Shown: positions 1 through 12,958, numbered from the stretch's first letter. The stretch: DNA of 64,000 bases from Eledone cirrhosa (GCA_964016885.1 OZ024745.1:109926001-109990000), one strand, 5' to 3'. Numbers and translations are program-made. Notes: generated from the sequence alone by a model not told the origin.

Positions 1-179
1 ATAAAGGCTTTACCTCACATGATTATCTCACATAATATCAAATCTATGAGATTTTAATATTATCTATTTTGAGAATAATACCTTAACATTGGTATGAGCG
101 ATTAGTTACAGCCAGTTTGAACAGAAAGAAGTGAGAGAATTCTGGCCGGATATGGCCAGTTTAAATGCTAAAGGATTAA
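1..179. mobile_element. TTAA-flanked MITE family C (piggyBac-like), truncated by window edge
   Basis: Body matches copies at 29322, 42170, 43797 and 59015; ends ...TTAAATGCTAAAGGA-TTAA. Confidence 0.8.
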
Positions 180-524
180 TTTCATTCATTTCAAATTTTG
201 TTCAAGACCTCTGTATATATTGTTAAATAAAATGTCACCAATATTTAGTTTATGTTAAAAATAAACTAACAAATTATAAGTTTAAACAAGATAAAATGAA
301 ATATATAATATTAGTAACAGTAATGATTTCTATATAGGCACAAAGCGATGATTTTTATAGCAATGGAGACTGTGAAGAAATGAAAGACCAAATTAACACC
401 AACAGGGTATGAATTTATAATATGAATGGATGAAACTTCAATTAACAGCCACAACATTATTATAATTTTAGATCTGCTATTGGTTTCAACAATGAGCTTT
501 CAGTTATTAGATAAATGAATCTGC

Positions 525-801
525 CTACTCATTGAATTAATGTGTAAATGGCTGAGTATTCCATGGACACATGTACATGTAATGTAATTTTTTAGTTGAA
601 TGAACATGACTCAATATATGACAAAGCTGCTCCAGTCAAGGCTTCTTCACTGTTTGTGTTTGCTCAGTTTCACTCACAAGACTCGAGTCAACCTGGGACT
701 ATAATAAACAATACTTACACAAGATACTATGCAATGAGATTGCACTCAGATTCTCATGATTGTGAAGTGAACCTTTTAACTACTCAGCCATGCATGTGTC
801 C
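525..801 (-). mobile_element. Degenerate tRNA-derived SINE remnants
   Basis: Minus strand begins GGACACATGCATGGCTGAGTAGTTAA (A-box-like); body is similar to 5095-5256. Confidence 0.5.
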
Positions 802-843
802 ATAAGGGCAGTAGAGTGACAGGAATAGGTAATACAATACCTA

Positions 844-1060
844 CCATACATACTTTAATATAAGCCGAGGAATACATGATCCAAAAATCGCTGGTAAAAT
901 TGGGCGGGACTATATTCGCCATCTAAACATACCATTATTTGATTACCTGCCTTGGCTTATGAACAGTGTTTAGATTTTTGTCCATTTCTTAGACATAAAA
1001 TAGTTGCCTGGGGGTGGGGTCAGCTTATATTCAGATCTACTTATATTTGAGTCTACATGG
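844..1060. mobile_element. Tc1/mariner (pogo/Tc2-like) MITE
   Basis: Imperfect ~25-bp TIRs CCATACATACTTTAATATAAGCCGA / TCTACTTATATTTGAGTCTACATGG, with TA on both flanks. Confidence 0.65.
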
Positions 1061-1392
1061 TAACTTCTATCTCCCAGAACTTAAATTCCATGGAAACTAA
1101 AATCTCTTCTCCTCACTAACCACACTATATCCATATTTGTTGTATGAGGTGACTAAAACGTTTGGTTCCAGGAAGGCCATCTTTCTGTAAAAGATTACTT
1201 CAAAAGGGATCCCATGATGAGTATGAAGTCTATCATAGATCTCACATGGCAAATCTGTGTTAGCCAGGAAATGGCTTTAGAATGCTTGTTTGTGTTGTAT
1301 TCTGGAGTCAAAAATATGTACTAGTTACATATCATATTTTATTGAAATCAACTATACCCTTTCTCTATATAAATGTGTCAGAAAGAAATAAT

Positions 1393-1579
1393 TGTTTCTA
1401 CTTTAGGCACAAGGCCAGCAATTACCCGGTGCATTACTGGTACTTTATTTTATCGACCCCGTAAGGATGAAAGGCAAAGTCAACCTCGGCGGGATATGAA
1501 CTCAGATCGTAAAGGGACGTAACTATGCTGGAAAGCATGGCGTCCGACCCTCTACCGATACTGCCAATCCACCGCCCTT
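1393..1579 (-). mobile_element. tRNA-derived SINE family A, full length
   Basis: A box TGGCAGTATCGG, B box GAGTTCATATCCC, core GCCTTTCATCCTTACGGGGTCGATAAAATAAAGTACCAG; 17-bp TSD TGTCAGAAAGAAATAAT at 1376-1392 and 1580-1596. Confidence 0.92.
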
Positions 1580-2936
1580 TGTCAGAAAGAAATAATAATT
1601 ACTATTAAACAGAATACTTATTTCTAAATGAAAGCAAGCTAAATATTTACACATATATTCTCTAAATATTTATGTCTTTGAACTGCATCAAGGAAATTCA
1701 GAGAAATATCTGGAAAATCTCTTTTCTTTTCTTTTCTTTTCTTTTCTTTTCTTTCATTCTTGGTTAATTTTCTTCATCTGACTTGTAGAATATGTTGGTG
1801 AAGTGATCAAATAGGAATATATAGGTAGAATGTCAATTAAGTGCATCAAGACATGACATCTCATGGGGTTTGCACATATCATTTTAACCCAATCTTAGTT
1901 ATCTGTTGGATAGTTGTCACAGACTGATGCAACAGAATGCTAAGTTGCTAATAAAAGAATCCTCATCACAAACCATGAGACAGTCTGCAGGGGAATTAAC
2001 GATAAGATCTCTCAGAGCAATTATCTGCACAATGCTTTCTACTCCCTCTTCGAAGCTTGACAAGTTTAACCTGAAATAAGATGAAAAGGTGTAGTGGAAA
2101 TTGGCTAAAAGCCAAAGCACTAACTCTAGTTAAAAGAAGAAAAATAAAAGACAGAAAAACAGAAACAAAGATATATAGAGTTTAAAAGACAGAGAGGCAG
2201 ATACAAAGAAAAGAAAAACCAAAAACCACATAGAGCGATAGTAAGAAAAAGAGACAACTTGGAGATAACTTTGCTGTCTAACACTTTTACTGCAGCTGTC
2301 CAATGGAAAATTGGGCTGCTTTACTTTTAAGTAGAAATATTCTAAATGAATGAGAAATTCATGAAGGAACCTATCACATTTTCTAACCAGGCATTTCAGG
2401 GCATGTAGGCAGTGTGCCAATACCATCTTTAATAATATTAAAGCTTGTCTAATCCCAGAAAAAGCTACAGAATATTTTTGCATGCAACACTTTCTATTTA
2501 ATGTAATTGGTTTTGGTTTAACGACTGAATATTAATTTCCATTTCCACTTTTTAGAATTATATTATTTTGATTGGAGTCACAGTTGGAAAGACCAAATGA
2601 CACACAATATACTTTTGGGTAGATATATATATATATTTAATTTATATATTCGATTGTACTAATGGTAGTAAAGATTATGGCATGACATCTATTATAATAT
2701 AAGGTTGACATCTTATATGATACAATATGATCTTGAACTAAAATTAAGTATCTATAAGTAACGTCCTGATTTTGAGATGCAATTTTTAGAAATTTTTATC
2801 CTAAGTTAAGAATGATTTCTACAGTTGAGAATGTTTTATAATCTGCCAGTGTCACCTGAATGGCCACCAAAGTTAAGGTCATCTATATATCTCTCTCTCA
2901 TGTACACTCATAATGTACATCAAATGGAACAAAACC

Positions 2937-3320
2937 ATCTAACCCATGCTAGTGTGGAAGATGTATGTTAAACGATGATGATGATAACATCATCATGGTT
3001 TAATGTCCATTTTCCATGAAGCATGGGTTAGATGAGCTATCTCATTGTGAGACAAGCCAGGTTGGATGACCATGTTTTGTTCATACAGAACTGATTTGGG
3101 GTTGGTTTCTATGGTTGGATGCCTTCCTAATGCCAAACACATTTACAGTGTGTATTGTGTGCTTTTGTCGTGACACCTACACTTTTGTTGTGTCACCAAC
3201 ATGACAACTTAAGTGTGGGCTGGGTGCTCATTGTAGTGACACCAAAACGACCACTTTAGAGTGTGTTCTGGGGACTTGGGTAGAGGAGATGCATGGGGAG
3301 GTAGATTTAGTGTCTTTTCG
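2937..3320. mobile_element. Two RTE-3'UTR/SINE tails, tail-to-tail (+ 2937-2985, - 2988-3320)
   Basis: AACCCATGCTAGTGTGGAAG...GTTAAACGATGATG followed by its reverse complement and a degenerate 48-bp module. Confidence 0.7.
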
Positions 3321-3470
3321 TAATCAAAGGTATTTTTCTTACAACAAGAGTGTTTTAAACAACCCACTGCCAAACTTGTATCATAATGAAGTACTGTTCC
3401 TGCAACAGGGATAGTACTACTGCTACTCACAGAAACATTGTAGACTACATCCATACAAAGTTCAATTGAT

Positions 3471-3697
3471 TTAACCCCTTTGATACCAACCAGCCTGGCC
3501 AAAACTGGTTATGGCCCTAGAAACAAAATCACCCATTTTAAAGGGTTCCTATTTACATTATAATCTTCCAATATAATTTTATATAAGAGCCATATGTAAA
3601 GTTCCATCTTAGTAATGAAATAATTAATAATTTTAGTAAATCCCTCAAAATTCTTCATTAATTAAATAGCATGTATTTGTGGTAATGAAAGGGTTAA
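3471..3697. mobile_element. TTAA-flanked MITE family D (piggyBac-like)
   Basis: TTAA-CCCCTTTGATACCA ... TGGTAATGAAAGGG-TTAA; related copies at 5304, 22709, 42742 and 47287. Confidence 0.75.
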
Positions 3698-5094
3698 CTC
3701 TTAGATCAGATCCCTGATAAATCTGCAAGCTATATCTCTCTTTGTTTACATTAAAATCTCAAATTTTAAGCTACTTATATTTTCCTATTTGCTCTCTTCA
3801 CTTATTCGTTGTTGTCCTTATCAATATTCATTGTATTTATGCCTACCCACCAATCTAACTGCAGGTTTTCTACTGCATATTATAAATTGTGAAAAATATC
3901 ACACCAAGTGTGCATTTGTGCAACATCAACTGTCTGCAGCTTGTCATAGATAAACAAAGGATAAATTTGCTTTATTAAAAATAGTTAAATAAATAAATAA
4001 ATAAATATTTCTTGAAAGAGTTTATCACTCTCTTATAAAACAAAAATAAATGAGTAAAATTCATTATGGCTAGTATAACCTTTAAATGTCAATATATTTT
4101 ATTGCATGCAGTTTCATGCAAATGCACACGAAGACAAATATACAAAAACAATTATTTGCAATAGGGAGTACCACCAGGAACAATCCTATTTGGACACCAA
4201 ATATGTTTGTGTTATATTAAACCATATTTGAAAGACTGAGTACACATTTATTTGGAACCATATTCTATAAAGGTAAACTCAAAATGTATATATGACTGTA
4301 TATACACAAATCACACACAATATTACTGAAATATATCTTTCAATACTTCCATTCATTGTTTGTTATGACCATTAACATGTTGCAATGGCAACATTTGAGA
4401 AAATATGATTGTGACAGTCAGAATTTAGGTCTGACTAAATTTACATGGCATTAATATTAGCCTTATCACATAGAAAATGTCTTAGGGAAAGATACACAAA
4501 ATGATGAACCCTTTTGATACCAAACCATCTGAAACTGCTCAGGATTTATGGAACAGAACTACCCATTTAAAAATGTTTATACTTATATTAAACATGTCTA
4601 GATGCCTGAGTGGAGTTGCTATGAAACCAGCTTGATCCATGAAGCAGAAAACACAATAGGAGCAGTAACAAAAGAAGTGAGAGGCATAGTGAATCTGTGG
4701 CCTAGAGACACTTCATACCAATCAATCAAGTGGTCTTTCTTTGGATGTGATCAACGTGTATAGCAGCTGCATTAAACCACATATGGTAGCAGTATTCCTT
4801 TTGAGTTTTGTCAAGAGTTAATTGTTGTTGAATTGAGGGCTGAAGTACTTTTTGGCTTTGAAAATGAAGAAAATATTTCCTTTTTAGTTTTGTGGAGGAC
4901 AAAACCAAATTCTGAAGCAGACCTGAGTTGATAGAGTATGTGTTATAGGGAGCTACATTAACACATGTCACAATAGTGAAATTTGACAGGAAGCCACCAA
5001 TTGAAAAGACTATACTAGAGGAACTTAATGAACATCTGGTTGTATTAAACCAGTGAACAGATTACATCTATCACCTTTGTACAGGTATATTCCA

Positions 5095-5256
5095 TTTGAC
5101 AGACTTCTACATGGTAACTGTCTACCTAATTTCTTTCAAAAGGCCTGGGTGAACTCAGGGTTATGATAGAAAGTATTTAATCAAAGTGTCAAGTGATGGG
5201 ATTGAAACCAGAACCACTTCAAGGCAAAACCAACTCCTAACCATATTGCCATGTCT
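5095..5256 (-). mobile_element. Degenerate tRNA-derived SINE
   Basis: Minus strand GACATGGCAATATGGTTAGGAG (A-box-like) ... GGTTTCAATCCC (B-box-like). Confidence 0.55.
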
Positions 5257-5303
5257 GCTGTTAAAATTATCTTCAATTCATTTCTGTATAACGTTCTTCT
5301 AAT

Positions 5304-5562
5304 TTAAACCATTTGATAGCAAAATGCCTGAAACTACCCCTGGTTCTACAATATAAAACTATTTATTTCAAAGTGTTTACTTTTATCTAAAAACCTTTCA
5401 TCTTAATTTCATGCAAGAACTTTTGTTATGTTTCAAACACGAGATTAATAATGGAAATATTTGTGATATTCCTAAATGGCTCAAAATTCTTGATTATTTA
5501 AAAAATTATTTGAAGATCATAGACAGTCTGTTTCTTTAGAAATATGGTAATGAAAGGGTTAA
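5304..5562. mobile_element. MITE family D
   Basis: TTAAACCATTTGATAGC ... ATATGGTAATGAAAGGG-TTAA. Confidence 0.7.
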
Positions 5563-5910
5563 ACACCTCTGGTCTTTCTCTGTTAATTTTCATGGGTTTT
5601 ATTCTCAATTATACAAACATTTGTTTCTCTTTTTACTCTATTTCTGATTTGTATCATTTGTTAATATCTAATTATATCTATTTATATACACACAAATTCA
5701 ACTTGCATTATAAATGGTATTTCTCATTTATGTAAATATTATTTCGACTTATTCCAATTACATTGCCAATGAACCTTCATATTATGTAATTATCTTAACA
5801 AATCAGATTAAATGAAATATTTACTGGAAATAAATATAAATAATAATATTTACATATTAAGAAGCATGGAATGATTAAAATAAGTCACCAAAAGTTCAAA
5901 CAAATTGCTA

Positions 5911-6471
5911 TACATATTTTATATAGATATGTGTGTGTATGTGTGTGTATGAGTGTGTCTATAGTGTATGTATGTATTCAAATAATGCTATTTAGATTTT
6001 ATATGTGTAAATAAACAGTGGTTGAGTCAAGTCTTCATTAAACACAGATTCATAGACATATTTTATATAGATATGTGTGTGTATGTGTTATGTATGTGTG
6101 TGTGTATGTGTATGAGTGTGTCTATAGTGTATGTGTATGAATATATATAAATGCATGTATGTATGTATACAAATAACAGAAAAGAATGCTATGTAGATTT
6201 TATATGTGTAAATAAACAGTTGTTGAGTCAAGTCTTCATTAAACACAGATTCATAGACATATTTTATATAGATATGTGTGTGTATGTGTTGTGTATGTGT
6301 GTGTGTCTATGTGTATGAGTGTGTCTATAGTGTAAGTGTATGAATATATATAAATATATAAATGCATGTATGTATGTATACAAATAACAGAAAAGAATGC
6401 TATTTAGATTTTATATGTGTAAATAAACAGTGGTTGAGTCAAGTCTTCATTAAACACAGATTCATAGACAT
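5911..6471. repeat. ~200-210-bp tandem repeat, ~3 copies
   Basis: ATGCTATTTAGATTTTATATGTGTAAATAAACAG...CACAGATTCATAGACAT recurs near 5985, 6186 and 6397. Confidence 0.9.
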
Positions 6472-6540
6472 AAAACCAATTTGATGTTATGAATCTTTGA
6501 ACAAAGAATATTTGAGTTAACAAGATATATATATGTACAT

Positions 6541-6895
6541 AGGCGATGAATTGGCAGAGTCGTTAGAACGTCAGATAGAGTGCTTTGCAGTATTCATTTA
6601 TACTCTCTGCTCTCTGAGTTCAAATCCCACCAAGGTCAACTTTACTTTTGATCTACTAATGGTTGGTAAAAAAAGTACCAGTCAAATTCTGGGGTCAATT
6701 CTTCCTCTATATCGTTTTCTCACTTCCTTTCTCTCACTCACTCTCTCTATCCTTCTCTGGAAGAAATCTGTATTCAGGCCTGGAGATATGGGCCCCACCA
6801 GGTTTTTAAAAGAATGCCCTAGAAGCGCCGTATATAAATATGGTGCCCCTACAATTCCTCAAGAGTTATGGATCCATGCCATACCATATCATACA
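6541..6895 (+). mobile_element. Older SINE related to family A, with a longer tail
   Basis: TGGCAGAGTCGTTAG ... GAGTTCAAATCCC ... AAGTACCAG; tail shared with 46905-47230. Confidence 0.7.
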
Positions 6896-7099
6896 TGCAC
6901 ATACACAGATATTCATTTTTATTTGATAAAATGTACATAAACGAAGTATCTATAATTAAAATAAGAATACAAATTATAAAATACAAACACTATTTTATAT
7001 TGTATTTTCATGTTTACATTTTACTTGGTAAATATCATTAAAACACTTTCGAAGAGGCGACAGAAAATTATCTTTTCAACAATTCTCTTCCTTACACAC

Positions 7100-7428
7100 C
7101 AAAGATTCCCAAACCTTTTGGGCCACCACCCCCTTATGGCCTTGTAATGTCCTCAGTGCCCCCCCTCTCCCTCCATTTCCAGAGAGACCTGCCTACACGC
7201 AAATTGTAAATAATATATAATAAATAAAATCGCTAATTTATATAGAATAGATGATATAATATATACTATGTATAAATAAATATTATATATTTTCTATTTT
7301 ACTATATCTATATATATATGTATTATTTGATATTTAATATACTATTATATCATCTCTACCGGCCCCAGTGACCCCTGGACCTTCTCAACGCCCCCTCCCT
7401 CCCCGGGGTGCAGTAGCATCCACTTTGA
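7100..7428. mobile_element. hAT (Charlie-like) MITE, degenerate copy
   Basis: AT-rich core nearly identical to 47998-48290; starts CAAAGATTCCCAAAC. Confidence 0.7.
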
Positions 7429-7754
7429 TATACACAAACATATGAGGACTTCAGTTTTACTTTGTCACTGTTCATCATTCTCATTTACTTATACACAATC
7501 CAACAATCTCTCAACCTTTAACTCTAAACCATTCTGCTGTACTCTAAATATACTATACTCCAAATCTGTACTACCATCTTTGAGTTTCTTTCACTACTCA
7601 GGTCTATCAGTGTAGTTTCCATAAATTCAAATATGCCTGAAATCTGGTCTACTGCACACACATGTCATCTCTCACTCAAGAGAACTTTGATGAGAGTAAT
7701 GCTATATGGCACAAGGAGTAAACAAATTAAGTTAATTATTTTCCCAACTACAAT

Positions 7755-7942
7755 ACTGTAAATGTGGTTGGTGTTAGGAAGGGCATCCAGCTGTAAAACC
7801 CTGGCCAAATTTATAGTCTCATCAGAACAAGGTATGGCATGGCCAATCCTGGCCAGGCATGTCTTTTGATGCGGATGACCCATCTGACCCATGCAAGCAT
7901 GGAAAAATGGATATTAAACAGTGATGATTATAATGATGATGA
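7755..7942 (+). mobile_element. 5'-truncated RTE-3'UTR/SINE tail
   Basis: GTTAGGAAGGGCATCCAGCTGTA ... ACCCATGCAAGCATGGAAAAATGGA ... (GAT)n. Confidence 0.8.
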
Positions 7943-8776
7943 ATGATCCAGCTCCATAACCTGGTACACTTTTAATAATGTTAAGTGGCAAATGAGATGC
8001 AAATCTCTTACTGGATATGATGCTGGTCCATTTCACACTATATTTCTCAGATACAAACATCACACATATTCTTTTAGGTATCTACTAAAAGGAAACACCA
8101 CCTCTCTTTCACAACAAATTTGGACAACAAAAGATGATTTTAATACAAACTTTAAAATAATATGGTCAGTGGTAGAATTTGCCAAACAGTATTCTGAGAA
8201 ATCTGAATTGTACTGCTTATGTTGCTGTAAAAACATTCTTCATTTTGGCATCTATTGTCAACTATTTGAAATCAAGGAATGAACTAAGTTTGAAATGTCA
8301 AAAAATAGGTTTATTATAAAAAAAAACAAAAAACAAACAATATATTCTAGCTACACAAGGCTGAATATACTGCAGCTATATAGGTGCAATTTCTTTGAAA
8401 TTCTTTGATATTTTTATTTCTATTTTTTTGAATTTCCATGAAGTTCTATATATATATCCTATTCCATGAATATTTAGAGATCAAAGGCCTACTCTTATCT
8501 ATGTGCTGTTGAAAGGCATTTCACAAGAGATTGAAAACTAATGGTAAACTGTCTTGTGTTCTCTTGTCTTTTTTACAATATTGAAAAAAGAACTAGAATC
8601 TGTCTACTGAATCTTGGGTACAATTTTCACATTTTCTCTTCATTATATTTCATTGTATTTTGTTTATTTTTTAAAACCCTGATCAGTTGTTTTCTCCTAT
8701 CCTGTCAATATATGTATCACACACACACGCACGCACATATATATATGTGTGTGGGTGCGTGTGTAAGTATGAATGT

Positions 8777-8808
<32 letters not shown>

Positions 8809-9206
8809 CCTCTTCACCATTTCTGTTCTCCCTCTCCTTCATATTATTACAATTTGCTTTCAATTTCTACATTCTGTAACTGACTGTATTCTCCTCTCCT
8901 TCTTCATAGCTCCATCTCTCTCTCTCTCTTATATATAAAACTCTTTTACCTGATCCTAGCTAAGTGTGCTTAAAAAATATTTCACAAGAGACTGAGACCT
9001 ATGAGAAAACTGATTTCTCCCTCTCTTATAATTGGTAAATGAACTAATTTTTCCCCAGACTCTTGTATACATTTTAAATTTATGCTTAATTTTATTATAT
9101 GAGAATTTTTTTTCAACACACAGACGTATGTGTAGATGTGTGTGCATTTGTAGATTGTGCACACGGGTGTAGTGAATGTTAGATGCTGTTTTCTGTAGTT
9201 TGTCTT

Positions 9207-9938
9207 CACCTCTTCCTTCCTCAGTCATCTCTAGTGTGTGTGACGTCATCACCCCTTCCTTCCTCAGTCAACTTTAGTGTGTGACGTCATCACCCCTTCC
9301 TCCATCAGTCATCTCTAATGCATGACATCATTACCGCTTCCTTCCCAGTCATCTCTAGTGTGTGACGTCATCACCCCTTCCTTCCTCAGTGATCTCTAAT
9401 GTGTGACGTCATCACCCCTTCCTTCATCAGTCATCTCTAGTGTGTGACGTCATCACCCCTTCCTTCCTCAGTGATCTCTAATGTGTGACGTCATCACCCC
9501 TTCCTTCATCAGTCATCTCTAGTGTGTGACGTCATCACCCCTTCCTTCCCAGTCATTCTGTGTGACGTAATCATCCCTTCCTTCCCCAGTCAACTCTAGT
9601 GTGTGACGTCATCAATCCTTCCTTCCTCAATCATCTCTAGTGTGTGACGTCATCAATCCTTCCTTCCTCAATCATCTCTAGTGTATGACGTCATCATCCC
9701 TTCCTTCCCAGTCATCTCTAGTGTGTGACGTCATCACCCATTCCTTCCCCAGTCATCTCTGGTGTGTGACGTCATCACCCCTTCCCCAGTCATCACTAGT
9801 GTGTGACGTCACCACCCCTTCCTTCCCCAGTCATCTCTATTGTGTGACGTCGTCACCCCTCTTCCTCAGTCATCTCTAGTGTGTGTGATGTCATCACCCC
9901 TTCCTTCCTCAGTCATCTCTAGTGTATGACGTCATCAC
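9207..9938. repeat. 41-bp minisatellite, ~18 units, each centred on TGACGTCA
   Basis: Unit TGACGTCATCACCCCTTCCTTCCTCAGTCATCTCTAGTGTG; motif starts at 9241, 9282, 9363, 9404, 9445 and onward. Confidence 0.95.
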
Positions 9939-10156
9939 AACAATTCTTTTTCCATCTTTTAAGGGTATTCACCCTATTTTATAAGCTATCTTTATAGCAT
10001 TTTTGTGTTTGAGTATATATATGTGTATATATATATATATGTATATATATATGTATATATATATATATATATATTTGCTCTACGGTTCTTATATATTTGA
10101 TATATATCCTTATCGAGCCCTCTTTGGATTTTAGTCTTCTAATTTATTATTATTAC

Positions 10157-10200
<44 letters not shown>

Positions 10201-10750
10201 GTTTTGCGAGGTTTTTGATATGAAATCGTGTGTCGAAACAAATATTGTTATACTTGGGGAGGGTCATATTGTTGTAATAATATTGCCAGAATTAATAACA
10301 GAACACACTCACTGTTTGGTTGGTTTTCGCTTCTGTATCTTTTATATCAGTTAATTTATTCAGTCCTCAATGTTTACCAATGACTGACCAACGGTCAAAA
10401 ATACAGATATAATATAGACACAAACACATATATATAGTCTTACAAAGTTCTTTCGTTGCACATCTGCAACAACGTCAGTTTCCTCCTGTTGCACATCAGC
10501 TATTATGTTTCCTCCTGTTGTATTGTATGTCTACGCCATCTTTATTTAATCTGTTTATTTATTTATTTATTTTTGTCTTCTTCTCTGCATTTGCGTGTGT
10601 GTATAGTGTTTGATGTGTGTTTGTGTGACTGTGTTTTGGTTATTGTATTCTATCTTAGTTTATTAGTGTGTGCTTATATGTGTTTGTTGTTATTGTGCTT
10701 GTGTATGTATGTATTTATTTATTTATTTATTTATTTATATTTCTCTTAGG

Positions 10751-11723
10751 TCAGTATTGTTTGGTTTGGGTGTTGTTGTTATTCCATTCATTTTTTCTGT
10801 TTAGCTTTGGCCTTCTAAGTTCTATTTCACTGGCCTCTCTGATTTGCCTATCTGCTGGGTCATTCCTATGTTTAGATATTATTTTAATTTCTATGTTGTC
10901 TATGTTACAGTTGTGTTGTTGTCTGGCATGTTCATATAGTACTGAACCGTTTTTCCGTCCTTTTAGTTCCCCCCCAGTGTTGGTCTACCCTTTCACCTAT
11001 GCTACGAGCTGTCTCACCTATGTATGGTGTTGTCATGTTTCTGCAAGTACCCTCTGTACATCTTATGCTATAGACTACTTTTTAGTTTTACATTTTGTCC
11101 GGGGGGTTTACTTTACATATAATACATTTCCTATTAGTACAGTGGGTTTTCTTAAAAGGGTAAGTTTTGCTGATCAGTGATTTTATGGTGGTTCCTGGCT
11201 TTTCTACCACATTAATCTTTAAGTGGGTCTTTCTCAGGGCCTTTCTACACTGGTTAGCTAATTTCCCTCCAGGGGTAGCGTCCATGAACATGACACTCTG
11301 GTATCTCTGGTTGTCATACTATGAGGTGGCTTTCCCAATCGTATGTTTAGTCCTATCTAAGCTATTCCATGATTTGCTCCTGTATAATGGGCAAATTCCT
11401 TTCATGTCCAGTTCTATGAGGGTCTTATACTTCTCCGTGGCTCCTTCGTATACTCTGATTCTGTCTCTTTGGTTGTAGCCAGAGAACTGCATGCGGTTGA
11501 TGAAGTGTTGGATGTGTCTTTCCATTTCTGTTGGGTCGCACATGCGGGACACATTCTTCATCACTCGTACCAAGTCTGCAATCAGAATATTAAACTTAGC
11601 ACTACTGGACATTGCTGAGTTTTTGAGTATCAGGCATTTGGAGGACATGGGTTTAGCGTAGTGTGAGTGGAGAATTTGGACTCTCTCGTCTATAGTGTTA
11701 ATCCAGAGTACCGTGTCTAATAC
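10751..11723 (-). pseudogene. Penelope RT C-terminus + Cys linker + GIY-YIG endonuclease (disrupted)
   Basis: VLDTVLW..HYAKPMSSKCLILKNSAMS..RMQFSGY; DATPGGKLA..VVEKPG..CTNRKCIIC; VVYSIRC..PYIGETARSIGERVDQH..RQIREASEI..PKLNRKNEW; contains a stop and frameshifts. Confidence 0.9.
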
Positions 11724-11904
11724 AGTCTAATAAACTAAGATAGAATACAATAACCAAAACACAGTCACCCAAACACGAACACACATCAAACACTATACAC
11801 ACATGCAAACGCATGCGCAGAGAAGAAGACAAAAATAAATAAATAAATAAACAGATTAAATAAAGATGGCGTAGACATACAATACAACATGAGGAAACAT
11901 AATA

Positions 11905-11950
11905 GTACCACTGACGATGTTGCAGATGTGCAACGAAAGAACTTTGTTTG
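11905..11950 (+). ncRNA. Putative minimal hammerhead ribozyme in the Penelope pLTR
   Basis: CTGACGA (11911-17), stem II GTTGCA-gatg-TGCAAC, GAAA (11935-38); stems I and III are weak; mutated copy on minus strand at 10451-10478. Confidence 0.55.
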
Positions 11951-12519
11951 TGTCTATATTATATCTGTATTTTTGACCGTTGGTCAGTCAATGGTAAACA
12001 TTGAGGACCGAATAAATTAACTGATATAAAAGATACAGAAGCGAAAACCAACCAAACAGTGAGTGTGTTCTGTTATTAATTCTGGTAATATTATTACAAC
12101 AATATGACCTTCCCCAAGTATAACTAATATATATATATATATATATAAAGTATATATATATATATATATATATATAGTTATACTTGGCAAGAAGGTATAC
12201 AGTGCTGACGATAGCTAATAAGCTTGAAGCGAGTACATCGTTCCTTTGTCAGTGTGGAACAAAAGGGCTTTGATGATTGCTAAACACTGTACGGCTTAAT
12301 TCGGGCTGTTTGTTTACAAACAAACCGAGCATTATAATAAATGTTAAGTAAACCCATACGTACATATATATATATATATGTGTGCATGTATGTATATATA
12401 CAAACATACTACTATACGTCTGTATACATATATATATATGTATGTACGTATACATACTTATATTTAAGTAACAGCCATACTAAGAGTGAGAAATGAAATT
12501 TTGTTTCAATTTTTCAATA

Positions 12520-12563
12520 TATATATATGTATATATTCTTGTATATATGTATATGTACATATG

Positions 12564-12596
<33 letters not shown>

Positions 12597-12701
12597 GTAT
12601 ATATTCTTGTATATATGTATATATATATATATGTATATGTATATATTCTTGTATATATGTATATATATATATATATATATGCATATGTATATATTCTTGT
12701 A

Positions 12702-12750
<49 letters not shown>

Positions 12751-12923
12751 GTAGGAGGTGAGTTTTATTGTAGTACAATAAAGCAATGCAGATATCGGAT
12801 AAGAAGCACTCTACAGTTTGTAGGACTGGAGTATACATAATATATAAGAACAAAAGAACTCCTTTAACCATCTTTTGTTCTTATATATATGTATATATAT
12901 ATATGCATATGTATATATTCTTG

Positions 12924-12958
<35 letters not shown>

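Larger units (their letters stand above)
10201..12124 (-). mobile_element. Penelope-like retroelement, 5'-truncated, with inverted pseudo-LTRs
   Basis: Inverted repeats 10247-10666 and 11727-12124 enclose an RT-thumb + GIY-YIG remnant; flanked by (TA)n. Confidence 0.9.

Noticed and set aside
1393-1579. tRNA gene calls for A/B-box sequences
   Set aside because: No cloverleaf; these are multi-copy SINE heads with tails and TSDs.
1790-2480. Possible very old LINE endonuclease remnant (also 4600-5050)
   Set aside because: Only a faint motif resemblance; cannot be supported without an alignment.
9207-9938. CRISPR-like appearance of the 36-, 41-, 44- and 48-bp arrays
   Set aside because: Units are contiguous with no unique spacers, there are no cas genes, and the context is eukaryotic.
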